Shown: positions 29,156-40,347, counted from the first letter of the stretch. The stretch: 64,000 nucleotides of DNA from Candidatus Omnitrophota bacterium (GCA_021108075.1 JAIORP010000171.1:68041-132040), one strand, 5' to 3'. The notes: generated by a model from the sequence alone, not told the origin. Program-made: numbers and translations.

Positions 29156-29941
29156 TTATTTAATCAAAACCAAAACTTCTTCGACTTGAGACAATTGGAC
29201 GGCTGGATGAACAAGACAGATAATGGAGCCGGACTGCTGATCATCTTCAATGTGAATAACTTCACCAATGACCAGGCTTTCCGGGAATGACGAACTTAAT
29301 TTTGAGGTGATAACGATATCTCCAATATTGATCCGAGCATCTTCATCGACATACGTCATGCGACAAACACCCTGCAATGTTCCGGAGACCAAACCACTTT
29401 CTCTCGGCCGCTGCACCAGCGCAGCAACACTAAACCTGGGATCTGTAATCAAAATAACTTTACTGGTCTTATCACTAACCTCGGCTATTTTTCCAACAAT
29501 GCCCTGGGAGCTAACAACTGCCATACCCTGCTTTATGCCATCCACGCCGCCTTTGTCGATCACAAAAGTGGCATTCCAGTTAGAGGGATCACGGCCAACG
29601 ACATTTGCCCCGACAGAAGAATAAATTAATTCCCGTTTAAATTCTAATAAGCGTTCCAAACGGGCATTTTCAACAATGACTTCTTCGAATCCCACTAACC
29701 GGGCCCGCAAGACCTCAACTTCTTTCCTTAATTTTTTATATTCTTTGAAAGTCCGATGATAATAAACCATCTTCTTGACTTCATAAACGGGGGAAGAAAA
29801 AAAAATGACGGGCCCGGACAACAAATCAATAATTTTAAATTTTAAGGACGCGAAAGGATATAAGCGGCTAAAAACAATCGTAATCATAACCAACAGCAAA
29901 ATAAAATAGACAATATTCTTTTGATTATCTTTTAGTAACAT
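29156..29941 (-). CDS. mreC: rod shape-determining protein MreC
   Basis: N-terminal TM helix, coiled-coil, and tandem beta-barrel domains, between mreB and mreD. Confidence 0.8.
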   Translation of the reverse strand: MLLKDNQKNIVYFILLLVMITIVFSRLYPFASLKFKIIDLLSGPVIFFSSPVYEVKKMVYYHRTFKEYKKLRKEVEVLRARLVGFEEVIVENARLERLLEFKRELIYSSVGANVVGRDPSNWNATFVIDKGGVDGIKQGMAVVSSQGIVGKIAEVSDKTSKVILITDPRFSVAALVQRPRESGLVSGTLQGVCRMTYVDEDARINIGDIVITSKLSSSFPESLVIGEVIHIEDDQQSGSIICLVHPAVQLSQVEEVLVLIK

Positions 29942-30112
29942 GATTCGTTGTTTGAATGGTTTGATATGATGATTCGCAACAAATGGTTAAAAGAAAAAAA
30001 GTGTGACTGTGACTAATTATTTATTTCAATTTACCTTTTGCGATGCAAAAATTAAATGCACAAAATAAAAAATTAGTTCCATCACACATCTTTTCGTATT
30101 CTGAAACCAATA

Positions 30113-31186
30113 TTAAAAATCTAATTTTGTTGGAACAATAATCCTTCTTCTCAACCGTAGTGGCATATGCAACATCTGACCGGTGCCTAAAACAACTGCC
30201 GTTAAAGGATCATCTGCGATATGGACGGGCAAACCGGTTTCTTCGGCAATACGCTTATCTAAACCTCTTAACAACGAACCACCTCCCGCCATAACAATGC
30301 CCCTGTCAATCAAATCAGCTGACAACTCTGGAGGAGTCTGTTCTAATGTTGATTTTGACGCATCAACAATAGCCTGAACGGGATCTTGCAATGCTTCCCG
30401 AACTTCTATGGATGTGATTGTAATGGTCTTCGGTAAACCAGCAATCAAATCACGACCGCGCACATCCATATTCAATTCTTCTTCTAACGGATAGGCTGAC
30501 CCGATTCGAATCTTAATTTCTTCAGCGGTTCTTTCGCCAATCATCAAATTATATGTTTTGCGCAGGTATTCAACAATCGCGGCATCCATCTCATCACCGG
30601 CAATGCGGATGGATTTGGCGTAGACCAGGCCCCCCAGGGAAATAACAGCGAATTCCGTCGTCCCACCCCCGACATCAATGATCATGTTACCCGCGGCTTC
30701 TTCAACCGGCAAACCGACACCGACAGCCGCAGCTTTAGGCTCTTCGATCAGTTCAACTGACCGGGCCCCTGCCCGTTCCGCTGAATCCCGAACCGCTCTC
30801 TTCTCAACAGCCGTGATCCCGGAAGGAATGGCAATAACCATGGCAGGACTTAATAAGGTCTTTCGACGATGGACTTTTTTGATAAAATACTTCAACATCG
30901 CTTCCGTAATCTCAAAATCAGAAATAACCCCGTCTTTCATTGGTCGAATAGCAACGATATTTCCAGGTGTACGGCCCAACATTTTCTTTGCTTCCTCACC
31001 AACAGCTACGACCCGGTTTGTATCTTTCTCAATAGCGACAACCGAAGGCTCACACAGAACAACGCCCTCCCCTTTAACAAAGACCAAAGTCGTTGCCGTA
31101 CCTAAATCAATGCCAATATCATTAGAAAAAAGACCGAGGATGTAATTAAACATTTTCCTGAAAAGTCTGAAGAGTTTTTGTAACAT
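30113..31186 (-). CDS. mreB: actin homologue MreB (start trimmed to MLQKLFR...)
   Basis: ...[22 protein letters not shown]..., actin phosphate-1/2 and adenosine motifs. The ORF-track start at 31216 adds 10 non-conserved residues. Confidence 0.9.
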   Translation of the reverse strand: MLQKLFRLFRKMFNYILGLFSNDIGIDLGTATTLVFVKGEGVVLCEPSVVAIEKDTNRVVAVGEEAKKMLGRTPGNIVAIRPMKDGVISDFEITEAMLKYFIKKVHRRKTLLSPAMVIAIPSGITAVEKRAVRDSAERAGARSVELIEEPKAAAVGVGLPVEEAAGNMIIDVGGGTTEFAVISLGGLVYAKSIRIAGDEMDAAIVEYLRKTYNLMIGERTAEEIKIRIGSAYPLEEELNMDVRGRDLIAGLPKTITITSIEVREALQDPVQAIVDASKSTLEQTPPELSADLIDRGIVMAGGGSLLRGLDKRIAEETGLPVHIADDPLTAVVLGTGQMLHMPLRLRRRIIVPTKLDF

Positions 31187-31590
31187 GAATATTTCCTTTA
31201 GGATATGGGTAGGCAAACTTTTTATATAATATCACAACTGTGTGAATTAAAGCTGTATCTCGTATTTCATGAAACATATCTCGTCGAAATATTTTCGCTT
31301 CACCAGACACAAACGACGCTTCACACATTCAGGTCCCACACACTTATTACGATGATCAGGTGTCAACAACTTAGACGTGAATGACATAATATGAATCTTT
31401 AAATAGAAATTGATTTTAAGTTTTATAATACTATATGAAAAAAAATACACTGTCAATCAGTTTTTCATCACTCATTACGCCATTTTTTTCTTTGAGCGCA
31501 TACTTCTTGCCATCAAATTATTTAGAAAGGAATGTGGTTGGCCGTTCACACGATATGGATGGAATTCAACAAACAATCACATGAAATGGA

Positions 31591-32889
31591 CTAACGGTCG
31601 TTTCTTTGCAATGAAGCGTCAACATGCAAAATTTTAAAATCTTTAACAAAATCAGGGTAAGATTTTTGGGTGCATTCAATATCTTTAATTCGGACAGCGT
31701 GTTTTATCCCAAAAACACTAAAAGCCATGGCAAGGCGATGGTCATTATGCGGATCAATCAAAACATTCTCTTTGTACTCTTGTAACGGATGAATAATTAA
31801 TTCATCCTCTTTCTCATCAACCCGCGCCCCTACCTTTAACAGTTCCTTTCTTAAGTCACTAATTCGGTCCGATTCCTTCACTCTTGCATGCTTAATATTT
31901 CTCAAACGTGTTTTCCGCCGGGCGAAAAGGGCTAAAATGGCCATGATCGGCACCAAATCCGGGGCGTCTTTTAAAGAAAAACTCCCTCCCTTTAAAACAA
32001 AGGGGCCTTTGACCTTAATGCTTCGTGATGTCTTTTTGAAATCCACACCAAGCGCTTCCAGCAGGGGAAAGATATGTCCATCTGCCTGGATGAGGTCATC
32101 AGAAAAAAATCCATTCAACGTCACGTCCGACTTTGTTAACACAGCGGCCGCCATTGGAAAAGCAGCTAAACCATAATCTGACGGCACATGAAACCGGCGC
32201 AACCCCTTATAAACCTGGTTCCCTTTTATCTGATACAAGCGAGCCTCCTTTTTATGAACACTGACGCCTGCCCGTTCTAAAACTTGCTGTGTCATGGTAA
32301 TGTAATCGGAGGAAACAATTTTACGGCCGACCAATTTCAGCCGGGTATCAACACCCAACATCGGACAGGTTATCAACAAAGCAGAAATAAACTGAGAGCT
32401 CAATGAACCATCGATGGCAATCGTTCCCCCCTGCATAGATTGAGGTTTGATAACAATAGGCACACTCTCGACTTGTCCTCGACCTTCAATTGAGGCACCC
32501 ATTCGCCGTAATGTTTCCGTCAAAAAATGGTTGGGCCTTCCTTTCAAGCTTCCCTCTCCGACAATCCGGCAGGGCTCATTTTTCAGACAGGCCAGGGGCA
32601 ACAAAAACCGCAATCCGGTTCCAGATTCCTGAACATTGATACGGGGTGAAATCGAGGCTCTGGAATCGACAAAAACATTCCAAACGCCCTCTTTGACTTC
32701 CTGCACCTGTGCGCCTAAAGCAGAGGCTATTTGACGGGCAACAATGGCATCCTTACAATTGGAAGGGGATATTATCTGAGACCGCCCACCACAAGCGGCT
32801 ATTATGAATGCGCGGATAGAATAGGATTTCGAAGCGGGCAAATAAATATGGCCACTTAATTCTGTCGTCGGGGAGACATGGAATATCAT
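31591..32889 (-). CDS. aroA: 3-phosphoshikimate 1-carboxyvinyltransferase (EPSP synthase)
   Basis: LPASKSYSIRAFIIAA, GSLSSQFISALL, RVKESDRI, HNDHRLAMAFSV and CTQKSYPDF align with E. coli AroA motifs, not MurA. Confidence 0.9.
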   Translation of the reverse strand: MIFHVSPTTELSGHIYLPASKSYSIRAFIIAACGGRSQIISPSNCKDAIVARQIASALGAQVQEVKEGVWNVFVDSRASISPRINVQESGTGLRFLLPLACLKNEPCRIVGEGSLKGRPNHFLTETLRRMGASIEGRGQVESVPIVIKPQSMQGGTIAIDGSLSSQFISALLITCPMLGVDTRLKLVGRKIVSSDYITMTQQVLERAGVSVHKKEARLYQIKGNQVYKGLRRFHVPSDYGLAAFPMAAAVLTKSDVTLNGFFSDDLIQADGHIFPLLEALGVDFKKTSRSIKVKGPFVLKGGSFSLKDAPDLVPIMAILALFARRKTRLRNIKHARVKESDRISDLRKELLKVGARVDEKEDELIIHPLQEYKENVLIDPHNDHRLAMAFSVFGIKHAVRIKDIECTQKSYPDFVKDFKILHVDASLQRNDR

Positions 32890-33848
32890 TTTTTCAAAAC
32901 TACCAAATCATTTTTTCGGATTAACTTGCTCGAGAATGGTGGAAGAATATCAGCAGCCGACATGCTGGGTTGAATACGTGTAACTTTGATATCACCCAAA
33001 TAATTTTTCCCCCGGTAAACAGATAACGTGTTACCAATACCGACGCCATCTTTCTTTCCGATACTAATGATAACAAAATCTGTATCACGGTCGACGCTGA
33101 GGACCCTGCCTTCAGGAGATTCTGCGGACTGGCTGATAACAATCCTGTCCAAAACAACTTCATCGGCTGACTGTTCGGTTTCGGAGTCTATCTTTTCTTC
33201 TGCGACGGGGACTTGGGAATCAGAGGCTAAAGGGTCTGCGACAACGGAACTCTCCTGTTCTTCGTGACCGGCTTGTTTCTTCGCCTTCGTTTCTGTTAAC
33301 TTTTGTTCCAAATCAGCGACATTGTTTTGCAGAGAGGCCAGGTTTTCTTCCATTTTTTTCTTTACCCCTTGAACATCCGCTAATTCTTTTTGGATCTCTG
33401 CCTTAACATCCAACTCTATTTTTAAGCGCCCCTCCAATTCATCAATTTTGTTCTTGGCGGAAACGATCTCTCCGTTCAAACCTTCTTCCAGGTCTTCTTT
33501 AAGCTTTTTTGTTTTCTTTATATCTTCTTTTAATGTGAGGTTTTCAATCTTCAATTCCTCACGTAACCCTTCTTGTAATTCCAAATCATCGAGCAAGTTA
33601 TTGATTCTTTCATCAGCCTCTTTATTCTTTTCTTCCAGTATCAAATTTTGTTTTCTCTTCTCTTCCAAGTCTTCATTTAGGATTTCCTCCGACGCTATGC
33701 TTTTATCCAAATGTTCTTGAACAAATTTCCGGCGTTCAATCTCTTTCTGGAAAAAAAATAAAGATATGGCTGTTAACGAAATGAGTAATATAGCGATAAT
33801 AACAGAAAATACAATAAGTACTTTTCCGGATGAATTCATTTTTGTCAT
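32886..33848 (-). CDS. membrane-anchored coiled-coil protein with C-terminal beta domain (hypothetical)
   Basis: N-terminal TM helix, ~200 aa of E/K-rich coiled-coil, and a C-terminal ~90-aa beta-rich domain. Its stop overlaps the aroA start (ATGA), so the two are translationally coupled. Confidence 0.3.
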   Translation of the reverse strand: MTKMNSSGKVLIVFSVIIAILLISLTAISLFFFQKEIERRKFVQEHLDKSIASEEILNEDLEEKRKQNLILEEKNKEADERINNLLDDLELQEGLREELKIENLTLKEDIKKTKKLKEDLEEGLNGEIVSAKNKIDELEGRLKIELDVKAEIQKELADVQGVKKKMEENLASLQNNVADLEQKLTETKAKKQAGHEEQESSVVADPLASDSQVPVAEEKIDSETEQSADEVVLDRIVISQSAESPEGRVLSVDRDTDFVIISIGKKDGVGIGNTLSVYRGKNYLGDIKVTRIQPSMSAADILPPFSSKLIRKNDLVVLKK

Positions 33849-33982
33849 CTTGCATGTCCTTTTATAGAGTGAGTTAACTTTATTAATTACATCTAGTTAT
33901 AGTAATTAGCAATTTATATTATATATAAAATAGACTATAAGTAAAGATTCTATTTCATCTTTTATCTTGCGCGGTAAATGCG

Positions 33983-34882
33983 TTACTTATGGGCAAGAAA
34001 CTCGCGGGGCGGCCGCGAAAAGAACGCGATATATTTCTTTGAAAAAGGATGTTGCAAGGCAATCGCCTGGGCGTGCAATGCCAGTCGGGGAAAAGAACGG
34101 CTATGACCATACTTGTCATCGCCTAAAATCGGATGCTTGTGGTAAGACATATGGACGCGCAATTGATGCGTTCGTCCCGTGCGTGGGAACAGGGCCACCA
34201 ACGTGCTGCCTGTCAAGCGCCGCACAACTTTGTAATACGTGACCGCCTTTTTCCCTGTTGAGTTGTAGCACACGCCCATTTTATCTTTGTGACGGGTATG
34301 CCGGGCGAGGGGATCTCTGATAACCCCCTCATCAAAACGGATATGCCCTTCGACCAATGCGATGTATTTTTTCCAGATCGTGTGCCGTTGAAATTGCCTG
34401 GCAATCTTTGTGTGCGCGATATTGTTTTTGGCCACGATGATTAGTCCCGACGTGCTTTGATCAAGACGATGAACGATTCCCGGACGATGGTCTTCATTAA
34501 CACCTGATAATTCAACACTATGGTTTAACAGGGCATTGACAAGCGTTCCCGTATATTGTCCCGTCGCTGGATGCACCATAAGCCCACAGGGCTTATTCAC
34601 AATGATAATGTGATCATCCTCATAAAAAATATCGAGCGGGATATCCTCGGGTTCGATATACTGCGGTCGCAAAAAATTTTTCGGGATCGTTATCCAAACA
34701 TCATCCCCTTCCATGATCTTATGATGCGGCTTGACAACCCGTTCATTAACTTTAACATGTCCGTCAATAATCAATTTTTTCACAAAAGTTCTGGAAGGAA
34801 TATCCGCTAAGGCCTCTGCCAGATAAACGTCTAAACGTTCATGCGCGTCTTGAGCTAAAACTTTCAATAGTTGTGACGGCAA
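33983..34882 (-). CDS. rluD: RluA-family 23S rRNA pseudouridine synthase (RluD-like)
   Basis: S4 domain N-terminus and the catalytic HRLDQSTSGLIIVAKN motif. Confidence 0.8.
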   Translation of the reverse strand: MPSQLLKVLAQDAHERLDVYLAEALADIPSRTFVKKLIIDGHVKVNERVVKPHHKIMEGDDVWITIPKNFLRPQYIEPEDIPLDIFYEDDHIIIVNKPCGLMVHPATGQYTGTLVNALLNHSVELSGVNEDHRPGIVHRLDQSTSGLIIVAKNNIAHTKIARQFQRHTIWKKYIALVEGHIRFDEGVIRDPLARHTRHKDKMGVCYNSTGKKAVTYYKVVRRLTGSTLVALFPRTGRTHQLRVHMSYHKHPILGDDKYGHSRSFPRLALHAQAIALQHPFSKKYIAFFSRPPREFLAHK

Positions 34883-34883
34883 G

Positions 34884-35621
34884 TTACACCCTCTTATCTG
34901 TCTTTTTTAAAACAATGGTCAATATCACGGCCATGGAAAATATGCCTAAACAAACATACTGATAAACGCTTAATCCGCCAAGAAGGACAAAATGATCCGC
35001 ACGGGCAAACTCAATAAAGAATCTCAAACTCGCGGCAAGATAAAGATATTTGACAAAAATAAAACCTGGTGTCATCACCTTGCGCTGTGACTTTTTCAAT
35101 ATCAAAAAAACACAAAATAGCCCTGCCATCGAATATAGTTGCGTCGGAATCAAGCGGGCTCCGTGCACGGGGAAATAAATCCCCCAACTCGACGCGTGCC
35201 CATAACAGCAACCATTAAGAAAACAACCGATACGGCCTATCGATTGTCCCAGGGCGAGATAGGGTGCCCCTAGATCAAGAACCATGAATAAAGGCCACTT
35301 TTTCCTGCGGGCGTAAAGGATCGAGGTTATTGTCCCGGAAACAAAACTTCCCTGCCAGGCGAGCCCTCCATGCTGCAGCATAATCATTTCTAACGGGTCA
35401 TCAAGAAAAAAACTCAAATTCATTAAAATATAAAAAACGCGCGCGCCGAGGATCCCAAACACGACAACCCAAAAGACAAAATCAATGACATCATCCTTAT
35501 TAATCCCTTTGCGATGGGCGTCTTTAGCTAAGAGGAAACTGCAGATAATGACGGATATGGCCAAAAAAACCCCGTAAGCATATACAGTGAACGGACCGAA
35601 TTGACATATGGTGGGATACAT
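34884..35621 (-). CDS. lgt: prolipoprotein diacylglyceryl transferase
   Basis: Polytopic; Lgt signature G.GRIGCFLNGCCYG (G-x-GR-x-GNF-x-N-x-E-x-x-G-like). Confidence 0.8.
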   Translation of the reverse strand: MYPTICQFGPFTVYAYGVFLAISVIICSFLLAKDAHRKGINKDDVIDFVFWVVVFGILGARVFYILMNLSFFLDDPLEMIMLQHGGLAWQGSFVSGTITSILYARRKKWPLFMVLDLGAPYLALGQSIGRIGCFLNGCCYGHASSWGIYFPVHGARLIPTQLYSMAGLFCVFLILKKSQRKVMTPGFIFVKYLYLAASLRFFIEFARADHFVLLGGLSVYQYVCLGIFSMAVILTIVLKKTDKRV

Positions 35622-35657
35622 ATACTATTTTTCTGTTGAAATGTTAAAAAATTTAGA

Positions 35658-36137
35658 TTATCTCTTCAATTGAAAACATTCAAAAGCAACCAAAGACGCC
35701 CCGATTGTAATCGCGCTATCGGCGACATTAAATACCGGCCACACCATAAAGTCTAAGAAGTCAATAACATATCCAAAGGCAATCCGATCGATTAAATTGC
35801 CAATCGCACCGCCAAGAATCAATGAGAACGCGATAATGTAAAGTCGGCTGAGGGCTTGATTATTTTGTCTATAGTAGTAGACATTGAAAATTAATAAGAT
35901 GATTAAAAAGATAGGGATAACGATGAAAACAATACCCTGGTCTTTAAAAAAACCAAAAGCGATTCCGGTATTATGAACAAGCGTTAAGTGAAAAATTTTT
36001 TTTATAACAGGAATTGTTTCGCCGATGAAAAGTAAATTGGCAAAAAAAGACTTCGTTAATCGGTCAATCGCAACAACAGTAAAAGTGATCAACAAGGATA
36101 TGACAATATCTGTTTGCGAGCGTTTCGGTCCCTTCAT
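35658..36137 (-). CDS. lspA: lipoprotein signal peptidase II
   Basis: LVHNTGIAFGFF and FNVADSAI catalytic motifs; the ileS-lspA synteny is conserved. Confidence 0.8.
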   Translation of the reverse strand: MKGPKRSQTDIVISLLITFTVVAIDRLTKSFFANLLFIGETIPVIKKIFHLTLVHNTGIAFGFFKDQGIVFIVIPIFLIILLIFNVYYYRQNNQALSRLYIIAFSLILGGAIGNLIDRIAFGYVIDFLDFMVWPVFNVADSAITIGASLVAFECFQLKR

Positions 36138-36179
36138 TATTTATGATGGTCTCATCTATTAGGCGGATTTAAAGAGAAG

Positions 36180-36584
36180 TTATCCTCTAGGATTATTCTT
36201 GTTTTCTAATTCTTCTTGATATTTCAAACAATATTCAGCATATGGAATCGCTTTTAACCTGGCCTTAGCGATTAATTTACTCGTGCCTAAGCAAACACCA
36301 AAAGTGCCTTCTTCTATACGCCTCAAGGCTTCATCTATTTTCTGCAAAATTTCTCTTTCGGTGGAAGCCAACCCTAAATTAAATTCGCGATCATACATAT
36401 CTGTAGCCACATCAGCCATATGCATCACATGACCGGAAACATCTTTTGAATCATTCTCGTCAGAGCCCGGACTATGCGTCATGCTTCTAATATCGTGGAT
36501 AAGATCTAGCTTCATCTTTATTAAGAGCTTTTTGAAGTATTCCATGTTTTTCTTATCCATTTTCTTCTGCTGCGTCATTGACAA
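36180..36584 (-). CDS. DksA/TraR-family protein (zinc finger partly degenerate)
   Basis: C-terminal EEGTFGVCLGTSKLIAKARLKAIPYAEYCLKYQEELE aligns with the DksA C4 region but keeps only 2 of 4 Cys. Coiled-coil N-terminus with acidic tip. Confidence 0.55.
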   Translation of the reverse strand: MSMTQQKKMDKKNMEYFKKLLIKMKLDLIHDIRSMTHSPGSDENDSKDVSGHVMHMADVATDMYDREFNLGLASTEREILQKIDEALRRIEEGTFGVCLGTSKLIAKARLKAIPYAEYCLKYQEELENKNNPRG

Positions 36585-39384
36585 ACTCCTTTACGATTTC
36601 TGCGCATCGCGCACATAACGTTTTATGTTCCTTTACTTCACCTATATCCATCTTATAATTCCAACAGCGTGGACACTTGTCCCCCTGCGCTTTCACAATC
36701 ACAATCTCCGTCTTCCCGAAAAATTCACTCAAACAATTTTTAATGTCTTCAACTTGATGAATCTCTACCTGTGAAACAATAAACGCGGCCGGCAAAAAGC
36801 CTTCGCGCTGCTTGAAATATATTTTATCGCGGTCACTTGCCGTCCGAATAATAACTTTCGCTTCCAAAGAGCTGCCGATATCACCATCGCGTCGTTTATC
36901 CTCTAACGCCTTCAAAACAAACGGTCGAATTGCCGTTAACAGTTCAAATTCTTTAATGATTTCTTCATTTAACCATTCATCCGGAATCGTTAGCCACTCT
37001 AATAAATGGACACTCGGGACCGTAAGCGCATCTTGATCTTTCGGCATCGATTGAAAAATTTCATCAGAAGTAAAACACAAAATAGGCGCCAGAACACGAA
37101 CAAAATGGTTCAGAATATTAAAAAGAGCCGTTTGGGCGGATTTTCTATCCACTGATTTTGTGGAGGAAGTATATAACCTATCTTTTAATATGTCAAGATA
37201 AAAACTGGAAAGATCTTCGTTACAAAAATTGTATAATGTTTTGTAGACCTTTGAAAATTCATAAGATTCATATTGCTGGACAACCTTTTGCATCGTCATT
37301 CCGAGCCTATTAAGCACCCATTTATCAAGATCCAGCATTTGACTATAGGGAACAACATCAGCACCGACATCAAACCCGTTCAAATTTCCTAATAAAAAAC
37401 GGATCGTGTTCCGGATTTTACGATACGCGTCAATGAGCCGGTCTAATATTTCTTTTGAAATACGAATATCTTCATTATATGAACTGGACGCAATCCATAG
37501 TCTCAGTATGTCCGCACCACTCCTGGGAAGAACATCTTGGGGGCTTATCACGTTTCCTAAGGACTTTGACATTTTTCGCCCTTGCCCATCAACAACAAAC
37601 CCATGGGTCAAGACACTTTTATAGGGTGCTTTCCCTTCCATCGCAACAGATGAAATCAGCGAGGACTGAAACCACCCGCGATGCTGATCTGAGCCTTCTA
37701 AATACATATCAATGGGTAATTCTTGCCCCAACATATTCTTAGCAACGGCTTGATGGCTGACACCTGAGTCAAACCAGACATCCAGGATATCTTTGGTTTG
37801 GACAAAATCGCTCTTTCCGCAGTCAGGGCAGCTAAACCCTTCTGGAAGAAGATCTTTGATGTCTCTCTCAAACCATATATTCGTTCCATGATCTTTGACC
37901 AGGGCCGCAAAATGGTCAATGACTTCGGTAAACAGCTTATGCTGGCCATCACAACCACGACACTCTAAAGCGGGGATGGGAACCCCCCAAAAGCGCTGAC
38001 GGGATAAACACCAATCAGGCCGGCCGGAGACCATCGAAGTGATCCGTTCTTTCCCGGCTGAAGGGATCCACTTAACGTTTTCCTGGATTTCTGCCAGCAA
38101 ACGCCCTCTTAAGTTCAAATGATCAATTTTTAAAAACCACTGTTCCGTTGCCCTGAAAATAATGGGCTTCTTACAACGCCAACAATGGGGATAGGAATGA
38201 CGAATATCTTCCTTAAATAAAATAACATCGCGTATTTGCAGATCTTCTATTATGAGCTTGTTCGCCTTTAAAACATGCTGACCTTGATATTTCTTCGCCT
38301 TTTGGGTATAACAACCCCGGTCATCAACCGGCATAATGACCGGCAAATTATTTGCCAATCCGGTTTCAAAATCATCCTGACCATGTCCTGGCGCGGTATG
38401 GACAAGACCGGTTCCATCTTCCTTGGTCACATAATCCGCACAGACAATCGGGCATTCCTCCAGCATCCCAAAGGGCTGCTCATAACGCAGGTCTGTTAAA
38501 TGTTCCCCTAAAATACCCTTGATAACCTTGTAACGGTCAATCCCGGCCTTTTGCATAACATGTTCGGTTAAAGAACTTTCGATGATCAGAATTTCCTCAT
38601 CTAAGTCGACCAAATGATATTTGAAATGAGGATGAACCGCAACCGCCACATTGGCCATTAGTGTCCACGGGGTCGTTGTCCAGATAAGGACAGAAACCTT
38701 TTTATGGGGCAAATCCAGGCCCAAGACGTCCGGATTCTTAACCTGAAACTTCACATAGACAGTCGGCGAAGAATGATCTTCATACTCGACTTCAGCCTCA
38801 GCTAATGCTGTCTCACAATCAAAGCACCAATTAACAGGTTTTAATCCGCGATAGACATAGCCATCCCGGTTCAGATTCGCTAAAGAATGAAGGATCCAGT
38901 ATTCATAATCAGGGGTTAATGTCAAATACGGCCGATCCCATTCACCAAAAATACCTAATCGCTTAAATTGTTCCTTTTGTATCTCCACGTATTTTAAGGC
39001 ATACTCATGCGCCTTTTTCCGAAACTCAACGCAATCAACTTCCGACTTTCTTTGTTTCATTTCAGCGAGCAATTTGTGTTCAATCGGCAAGCCATGACAA
39101 TCCCAGCCAGGCACGTATATACTGTCAAACCCCTGCATGGTCCTGAATTTAACAATGAAATCTTTCAAAATTTTATTTAAGGCATGACCAATGTGAATAT
39201 TTCCATTCGCATAGGGAGGACCATCATGAAGGATAAATGTCTTACGGTTTTCTGACTTCCGGCGAATCTGTTGATAAATATGATCCGTCTCCCATTTTTC
39301 TAAATAAGCCGGTTCTTTTTGAACCAAACCAGCACGCATAGAAAAAGATGTCTTAGGTAAATTTAATGTTTTTTGATAATCCAT
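36553..39384 (-). CDS. ileS: isoleucyl-tRNA synthetase
   Basis: 943 aa; HIGH (PYANGNIHIGH) and KMSKS motifs, an editing CP1 domain, and a C-terminal zinc-binding CxxC pair. Confidence 0.9.
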   Translation of the reverse strand: MDYQKTLNLPKTSFSMRAGLVQKEPAYLEKWETDHIYQQIRRKSENRKTFILHDGPPYANGNIHIGHALNKILKDFIVKFRTMQGFDSIYVPGWDCHGLPIEHKLLAEMKQRKSEVDCVEFRKKAHEYALKYVEIQKEQFKRLGIFGEWDRPYLTLTPDYEYWILHSLANLNRDGYVYRGLKPVNWCFDCETALAEAEVEYEDHSSPTVYVKFQVKNPDVLGLDLPHKKVSVLIWTTTPWTLMANVAVAVHPHFKYHLVDLDEEILIIESSLTEHVMQKAGIDRYKVIKGILGEHLTDLRYEQPFGMLEECPIVCADYVTKEDGTGLVHTAPGHGQDDFETGLANNLPVIMPVDDRGCYTQKAKKYQGQHVLKANKLIIEDLQIRDVILFKEDIRHSYPHCWRCKKPIIFRATEQWFLKIDHLNLRGRLLAEIQENVKWIPSAGKERITSMVSGRPDWCLSRQRFWGVPIPALECRGCDGQHKLFTEVIDHFAALVKDHGTNIWFERDIKDLLPEGFSCPDCGKSDFVQTKDILDVWFDSGVSHQAVAKNMLGQELPIDMYLEGSDQHRGWFQSSLISSVAMEGKAPYKSVLTHGFVVDGQGRKMSKSLGNVISPQDVLPRSGADILRLWIASSSYNEDIRISKEILDRLIDAYRKIRNTIRFLLGNLNGFDVGADVVPYSQMLDLDKWVLNRLGMTMQKVVQQYESYEFSKVYKTLYNFCNEDLSSFYLDILKDRLYTSSTKSVDRKSAQTALFNILNHFVRVLAPILCFTSDEIFQSMPKDQDALTVPSVHLLEWLTIPDEWLNEEIIKEFELLTAIRPFVLKALEDKRRDGDIGSSLEAKVIIRTASDRDKIYFKQREGFLPAAFIVSQVEIHQVEDIKNCLSEFFGKTEIVIVKAQGDKCPRCWNYKMDIGEVKEHKTLCARCAEIVKEFVNDAAEENG

Positions 39385-39432
39385 TTTTTAGTCATCCTTT
39401 AGTATCAGATCTCATCCTTCTATCAAACAACT

Positions 39433-40314
39433 TTAAACTGAGATATATTTTCCGATTAAAATCTGCCATTGCTTCTTCACTTGCTCAGGAACAACACCGG
39501 GATCTGTTACAATCGCCTCTTTTAATGCATCTTTAGCACTAAAATTTGTTAAAGCCCCAACTTTAGGGATAGCCTTTTTAATAATTTCTTTTGCTTTGGC
39601 GGCATTGTTTTGAAGATTCTCCATAATCATATCCACTGTGACAGAATCATGACCCGGATGCCAGCAATCATAGTCTGTCACCGAGCATAGTGACGCATAA
39701 GAGATCTCAGCTTCCCGGGCCAGTTTGGCCTCAACCATGTTTGTCATGCCGATCACATCCATGCCCCATTGCCGATACAGATGAGATTCGGCTCTGGTTG
39801 AAAACTGAGGGCCTTCCATGTTGATGTAGGTTCCCTTCTTATGAATGGTCACACCCTCATCATTACAGCACCCCAAAAGAACGTCGCGTATTTCCGGAGA
39901 TATTGGCTCAGCCATAGAAACGTGAGCGACCACCTGCTCTGTAAAAAAACTTGATTCCCGGGCATAATTTGTTCGATCAACGAATTGATCCGGCAAAATA
40001 AAATCCAACGGTTTATATTGTTCTTGCAAACTGCCGACCGCTGAAATTGAAATAATGGCATCAACGCCTAATCTTTTCATTTCAAAAATATTAGCACGAT
40101 AATTAACCTGACTGGGCGCAATATGATGGCCTTTTCCGTGTCGGGCAAGAAAGATAACTTCCACCCCTTCCAATAATCCGACGATAAAACGATCTGACGG
40201 TCGACCAAAGGGTGTATCTAAAAAGATAAGGTCATCCGTTTTCTGCAGTCCTTCGATATCATTTAACCCGCTTCCACCGATTATCCCTATTTTCGCCATG
40301 ACCGCCTCCTTCAT
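39433..40314 (-). CDS. mtnP: S-methyl-5'-thioadenosine phosphorylase / purine nucleoside phosphorylase family
   Basis: PNP/MTAP fold: IGIIGGSGL..., phosphate-binding and MTAP-like C-terminal motifs. Confidence 0.7.
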   Translation of the reverse strand: MKEAVMAKIGIIGGSGLNDIEGLQKTDDLIFLDTPFGRPSDRFIVGLLEGVEVIFLARHGKGHHIAPSQVNYRANIFEMKRLGVDAIISISAVGSLQEQYKPLDFILPDQFVDRTNYARESSFFTEQVVAHVSMAEPISPEIRDVLLGCCNDEGVTIHKKGTYINMEGPQFSTRAESHLYRQWGMDVIGMTNMVEAKLAREAEISYASLCSVTDYDCWHPGHDSVTVDMIMENLQNNAAKAKEIIKKAIPKVGALTNFSAKDALKEAIVTDPGVVPEQVKKQWQILIGKYISV

Positions 40315-40347
40315 TATTGCAAAATACTATTTTTTAATCTGAAATCA

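Noticed and set aside
31250-31387. 46-aa Cys-rich minus-strand ORF (MSFTSKLLTPDHRNKCVGPECVKRRLCLVKRKYFDEICFMKYEIQL) in the mreB upstream region, possibly a zinc ribbon
   Set aside because: No Shine-Dalgarno, irregular Cys spacing, and it lies in a region likely to hold the mreB promoter; most likely a chance ORF.
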